Part shown: positions 8,901 through 11,479 of the stretch, in pieces
Numbering within the stretch: position 1 is the stretch's first letter
Layout of the letters: each line of letters starts with the position of its first letter
Assembly (NCBI GenBank): GCA_043228905.1
Contig: JBHGNT010001155.1
Coordinates: 1-11,479, forward strand
DNA from: Azolla caroliniana
Taxonomy: Eukaryota > Plantae > Polypodiophyta
Direction: 5' to 3'
DNA length: 11,479 nucleotides
Made by a program: the position numbers and the translations under genes
Notes under the pieces: generated by a model
Databases searched by the model: none
Seen by the model: the letters and a program-made list of their open reading frames with translations, nothing else
What the model was told of the DNA's origin: nothing

Positions 8901-10285
8901 TTGTCATCACGTTTGTTTGTAAGTGGGTTGGTATACAAACATGTAACTATGTATATGACATGAGTTCAACAACCCGATATATTATTTTAAAATGTTTTTT
9001 TGGTCGACGAGATAACCTAGATCTGGTTTTTCAAGACATATACCTTGTGAAACAAATATGTTTTACATACGAAGAAAGGATCACACATAATATAATGGAA
9101 AATCTGCAAAAATCTGCATTAGAAATTCCAAATTTGTAGTTGGATAAAAGTTAGAGGTTTCTAAATCATATGAAATTTAAAATCAAGCCCCTAGTTAACA
9201 TTTAAATTACTTACTCCTTCTAGGTCAATCCCCACTTTGTGATAATGAGAAGCATCTTTTGCAAGCTAAACTTATAATTTGACCAAACAGCTTATCAAAA
9301 CATCATTAACCAAGTCTACTGATAGAGAAATTATTGATTAGATCTTGTAATTAGCTACCAAACAATTGATCAAAACATCATTAACCAAGTCTATTTATAG
9401 ACAAATAGTTGATTAGATCTTGCAATTAGCTACCAAACAATTGATCAAAACGTCATTAACCAAGTCTATTTATAGACAAATTATTGATTAGATATTGTAA
9501 TTAGCTAAAGCACTCAATTCCTAATTATCATACACTAATGTTCTTCAATAACTACGTGTGTTTTTCTTATGTTTGGGTAGACTAATGACATGCTTAATAT
9601 TTCAAATTAAGATCCTCACACTTTGACATCTGTATGTATGCATTTATATTTATGTATGCATTTATGTATTTATGTATGTATATATGTGAAGATCCTCGCG
9701 CTTTGACATGTGTATATATGCATTTATGTATGTATGTATAGAAGTAAAATTGAACTAAGGAGGCAATTTCGGCAATTTTTGGGTTACATCCTTTGCATTG
9801 AACTAATGGGCAATTTTATGAATGATGGGGTTTTGAATTAGTCCCAGAATGCACATAATCATGATATCATGGTAGAATGGATGATTGATGTAGTGAATAA
9901 TCAAACAATTGAGACAAACTTATTTAACTTTTACCTGTATCTGTACGTGTTCGATATCGGGTACCCCCATATTCAAGTATCACATAAGGGTCTTGCTTCG
10001 TCAACCATTCCGTATCCGTCAAGTTATTGCATCCAACAACTACATATTTATTGAATAAAATTAAATCAACCCAAGATAATGAAAACCATTAGAATTACAA
10101 AGGTTTTTGGTACTAATTTCAAAAAAGTTATGAGTTAAAATTTCCACGCTTAATTCATGTGGACATTAGGAAAAAACAAAATGATCACCAATGTAGTATG
10201 TAGATGGATTTATTAATGTATTGAAGTTCAATTGGAATGATTTATACAAACCTGTGACTTCGAGAATGTCACCTTGGATTGACAT
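5967..10285 (-). CDS. Spliced six-exon gene: C2 (calcium-dependent lipid-binding, CaLB) domain protein with Pro/Tyr-rich C-terminal tail, At4g34150-like, 225 aa
   Basis: Manually joined exons are 34+105+127+72+329+11 = 678 nt with no internal stop, all GT-AG with matching phases. Translation: MSIQGDILEVTVVGCNNLTDTEWLTKQDPYVILEYGGTRYRTRTDTDGGRNPRFNEKYSFIVIQGLPEINISVWNSNTLALDDFIGSGKILLQRVLSEGYQDSPWTISSRHGRTSGEVRVIMHYKKHKPTSY...(PYPPTPYPNSx)n...PSAPYYNPPYPGPH*. LEVTVVGC, QDPYV, DGGRNP.FNEK, VWNSN...DDFIG and GEV are C2-domain hallmarks. The family assignment is from recall, not a database search. Confidence 0.92.
6087..6398. mobile_element. Non-autonomous long-TIR element (Mutator-like MITE / foldback), 312 bp, in intron 5
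   Basis: Arms 6087-6213 and 6271-6398 are reverse complements (~90% identity by manual alignment), termini GGGAAAAGTACCA...TGGTACTTTTCCC, 57-bp spacer. The 9-bp flanks aaaatttta / aaaaaaata are only a degenerate TSD. Long G-initiated TIRs are typical of MULEs. Confidence 0.85.
6451..6800. repeat. Intronic tandem repeat, ~115-117 bp x 3
   Basis: gaaacaagggtataaccaatgtgatgtaacttgattcca is identical at 6455, 6572 and 6687. Confidence 0.95.
6948..7161. repeat. Intronic tandem duplication, ~100 bp x 2
   Basis: 6948-7043 and 7050-7161 share cacatgaattat, caagaatgaattata, ttagtacatgtgtga-actagatcaagtcaatagtgt-aatgtcaagaat and catatcata. Confidence 0.9.
7413..7741 (-). CDS. C2 gene exon 5 (last C2 strand GEVRVIMHY plus Pro/Tyr-rich low-complexity tail)
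   Basis: Acceptor ttatag|G, donor CCAG|gtaatt. Overlaps track ORF 7270..7728; the sequence becomes T-rich and intron-like after 7412. Confidence 0.92.
7445..7586 (-). repeat. Coding minisatellite, 33-bp unit x ~4.3, encoding PYPPTPYPNSx
   Basis: ggataaggtgttggagggtatg starts at 7445, 7478, 7511 and 7544, with a partial copy at 7577; period is exactly 33. Confidence 0.95.
8207..8278 (-). CDS. C2 gene exon 4 (ILLQRVLSEGYQDSPWTISSRHGR)
   Basis: Acceptor atatag|G, donor GAAG|gttagt; 72 nt; frame continuous with exons 3 and 5. Confidence 0.93.
8673..8799 (-). CDS. C2 gene exon 3 (DGGRNPRFNEKYSFIVIQGLPEINISVWNSNTLALDDFIGSGK)
   Basis: Acceptor ctactag|AT, donor GAAA|gtatgt; 127 nt; C2 core motifs NP.FNE and VW....DDFIG. 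Confidence 0.95.
9282..9507. repeat. Intronic tandem repeat, 75 bp x 3 (intron 2)
   Basis: Units start accaaaca at 9282, 9357 and 9432; each contains atcaaaac(a/g)tcattaaccaagtcta...ttgattagat.ttg.aattagcta. Confidence 0.95.
9609..9739. repeat. 80-bp-period duplication with (TATG)n microsatellite (intron 2)
   Basis: aagatcctc.c.ctttgacat.tgtat.tatgcatttat at 9609 and 9689. Confidence 0.85.
9935..10039 (-). CDS. C2 gene exon 2 (VVGCNNLTDTEWLTKQDPYVILEYGGTRYRTRTDT)
   Basis: Acceptor atgtag|TT, donor ACAG|gtaaaa; 105 nt; C2 loop 1 with QDPYV. Confidence 0.95.
10252..10285 (-). CDS. C2 gene exon 1 (MSIQGDILEVT+G)
   Basis: ATG at 10285-10283; ends ACAG|gtttgt (donor GT at 10251-10250); phase 1. 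Confidence 0.9.
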
Positions 10286-10520
10286 ATTTCAAATAGTAAT
10301 GAGAAGATCCAAGAGCCAAAATATTATAGTTATTGATTAGATTATTAAAGAGAGGAGAACAACTTTTAAGGAAGACGTAAAAGCAGAAGAAGATGCAGAA
10401 GAAGATGCAAATGCAAAAGCAGGAAAAGATGGGGATGAAAACAAAGAAGAAGAGGATTGAGAATGTGGAAGTCAATATTGGAAGGAAGGTCTTTTAAATG
10501 TTTAGAGTTCTTATAAAATA
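10286..10520 (-). promoter_or_regulatory. Putative pyrimidine-rich 5' UTR and TATA-like element of the C2 gene
   Basis: Minus strand is CT-rich over ~10350-10490, including two copies of ATCTTCTTCTGC. TTTTATAA lies at 10518-10511, about 30 nt before that tract. The transcription start is not determined. Confidence 0.4.
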
Positions 10521-11408
10521 TTGTTCCCCATGGGACTCTTGGGAATATTTGTGTGGCCTCTCAAGGATAAGCGTGTTTCGGGGCAATTGCGAAGAAAAAC
10601 TTCATAATCCCTCTCTTGATGTCATTTTACGTAACAACCCTCATAGCTGCTCCCCAACCTAAATTATCTTTTCTCGTGTTCCTATAGGTAGATAACCATA
10701 TTGATGCTATTTGTAACCTGAGTATGTTCATGGTTTCCTTGTAGTGTAATTGGTAAATATTGTCCAATATGGTCCTTTGTCAAGAGCTTGTCTTGCTCAA
10801 TAATGTTGGTACAAGGTCCTCATACTCGGAATGGTAAGCGTGTTCAATCTTCTTCTTTCCTATTGTAGGGTTCCAGTTCCTAGAGCAAATGGCTACAAAG
10901 TCAACCATAATCTCCAAAACTCTTTTAAAGGTGCATTTCTTGACTTCTCTTGATGTAAGTTGCAGTTGTGGGTCAAATTATCCTAGCGTATTCATTGCAA
11001 GTTTTCATAGTCTATGTTTGTGTCGATACTAATAATTTTATTCTTAGTTGTTACCCCAAGTCTCATAGTTTCTCTACAATTCCCCAAGGTTAAACACATG
11101 CTACAAGGTCCATTGTGGTGAAATAGTAATTGTCCATTTGTACTTATGTTTTTAGGAATTCTCACATGAGTAACATGAGTTCGTGATGGGGAGATAATCA
11201 AATTATGTTTTGTTTTGAATGAAACAAATAAATCAAGGATTCCCTTGAAAAATTGCATTAAAAACTACAAATAAAATTGGACATATTGTTACACAAACTT
11301 AAAGCCTAATATTTCATTGTCAACATTAGACATTTAAAGATCCGTTTCATAAAACTTCCACCCAAGAAGTCTCCTTAAATATAATTTTAATACTACCTTT
11401 AGCTTACT

Positions 11409-11472
11409 TGTGTGTGCGTGCGTGTGTGCATGCATGTGTGCGTTGGCCACCCAATGCGTGTGTACACGTACA
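11409..11472. repeat. Imperfect (TG)/(CG) alternating purine-pyrimidine microsatellite
   Basis: 35 bp of uninterrupted alternation at 11409-11443 and a second run at 11454-11472. Confidence 0.8.
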
Positions 11473-11479
11473 AAATGTC

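Noticed and set aside
7725-9139. Track ORFs 7725..7958, 8369..8572 and 8897..9139
   Set aside because: They are short AT-rich frames lying almost entirely within introns of the C2 gene.
10269-10475. Hydrophobic 68-aa ORF
   Set aside because: It starts at TTG and is a translation of the pyrimidine-rich 5' UTR.
10690-11258. Possible coding or transposon relic upstream of the gene, including ORF 10992..11258
   Set aside because: I recognised no motif in the minus-strand frames I read, so it is left unannotated.

Overview
AT-rich plant (probably eudicot) nuclear DNA. The right half holds an intact six-exon minus-strand gene that the ORF track mostly misses: CDS 10285-10252, 10039-9935, 8799-8673, 8278-8207, 7741-7413 and 5977-5967, 678 nt, 225 aa. 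It encodes an N-terminal C2 (CaLB) domain and a Pro/Tyr-rich tail, resembling Arabidopsis At4g34150. All five introns are GT-AG and the phases match. The introns carry a long-TIR Mutator-like MITE and several local tandem arrays. The left half is decayed. It contains a Ty1/copia RT-RNase H-PPT-LTR remnant whose middle ~850 bp is inverted, a probable copia gag relic, LINE-like relics, a diverged tandem duplication with 5S-like and PBS-like motifs, and probable receptor-gene (LRR N-cap and kinase) fragments. I found no clearly new biological system. The copia inversion and the ESCRT-type motifs in the repeat-expanded C2 protein tail are the most interesting observations.
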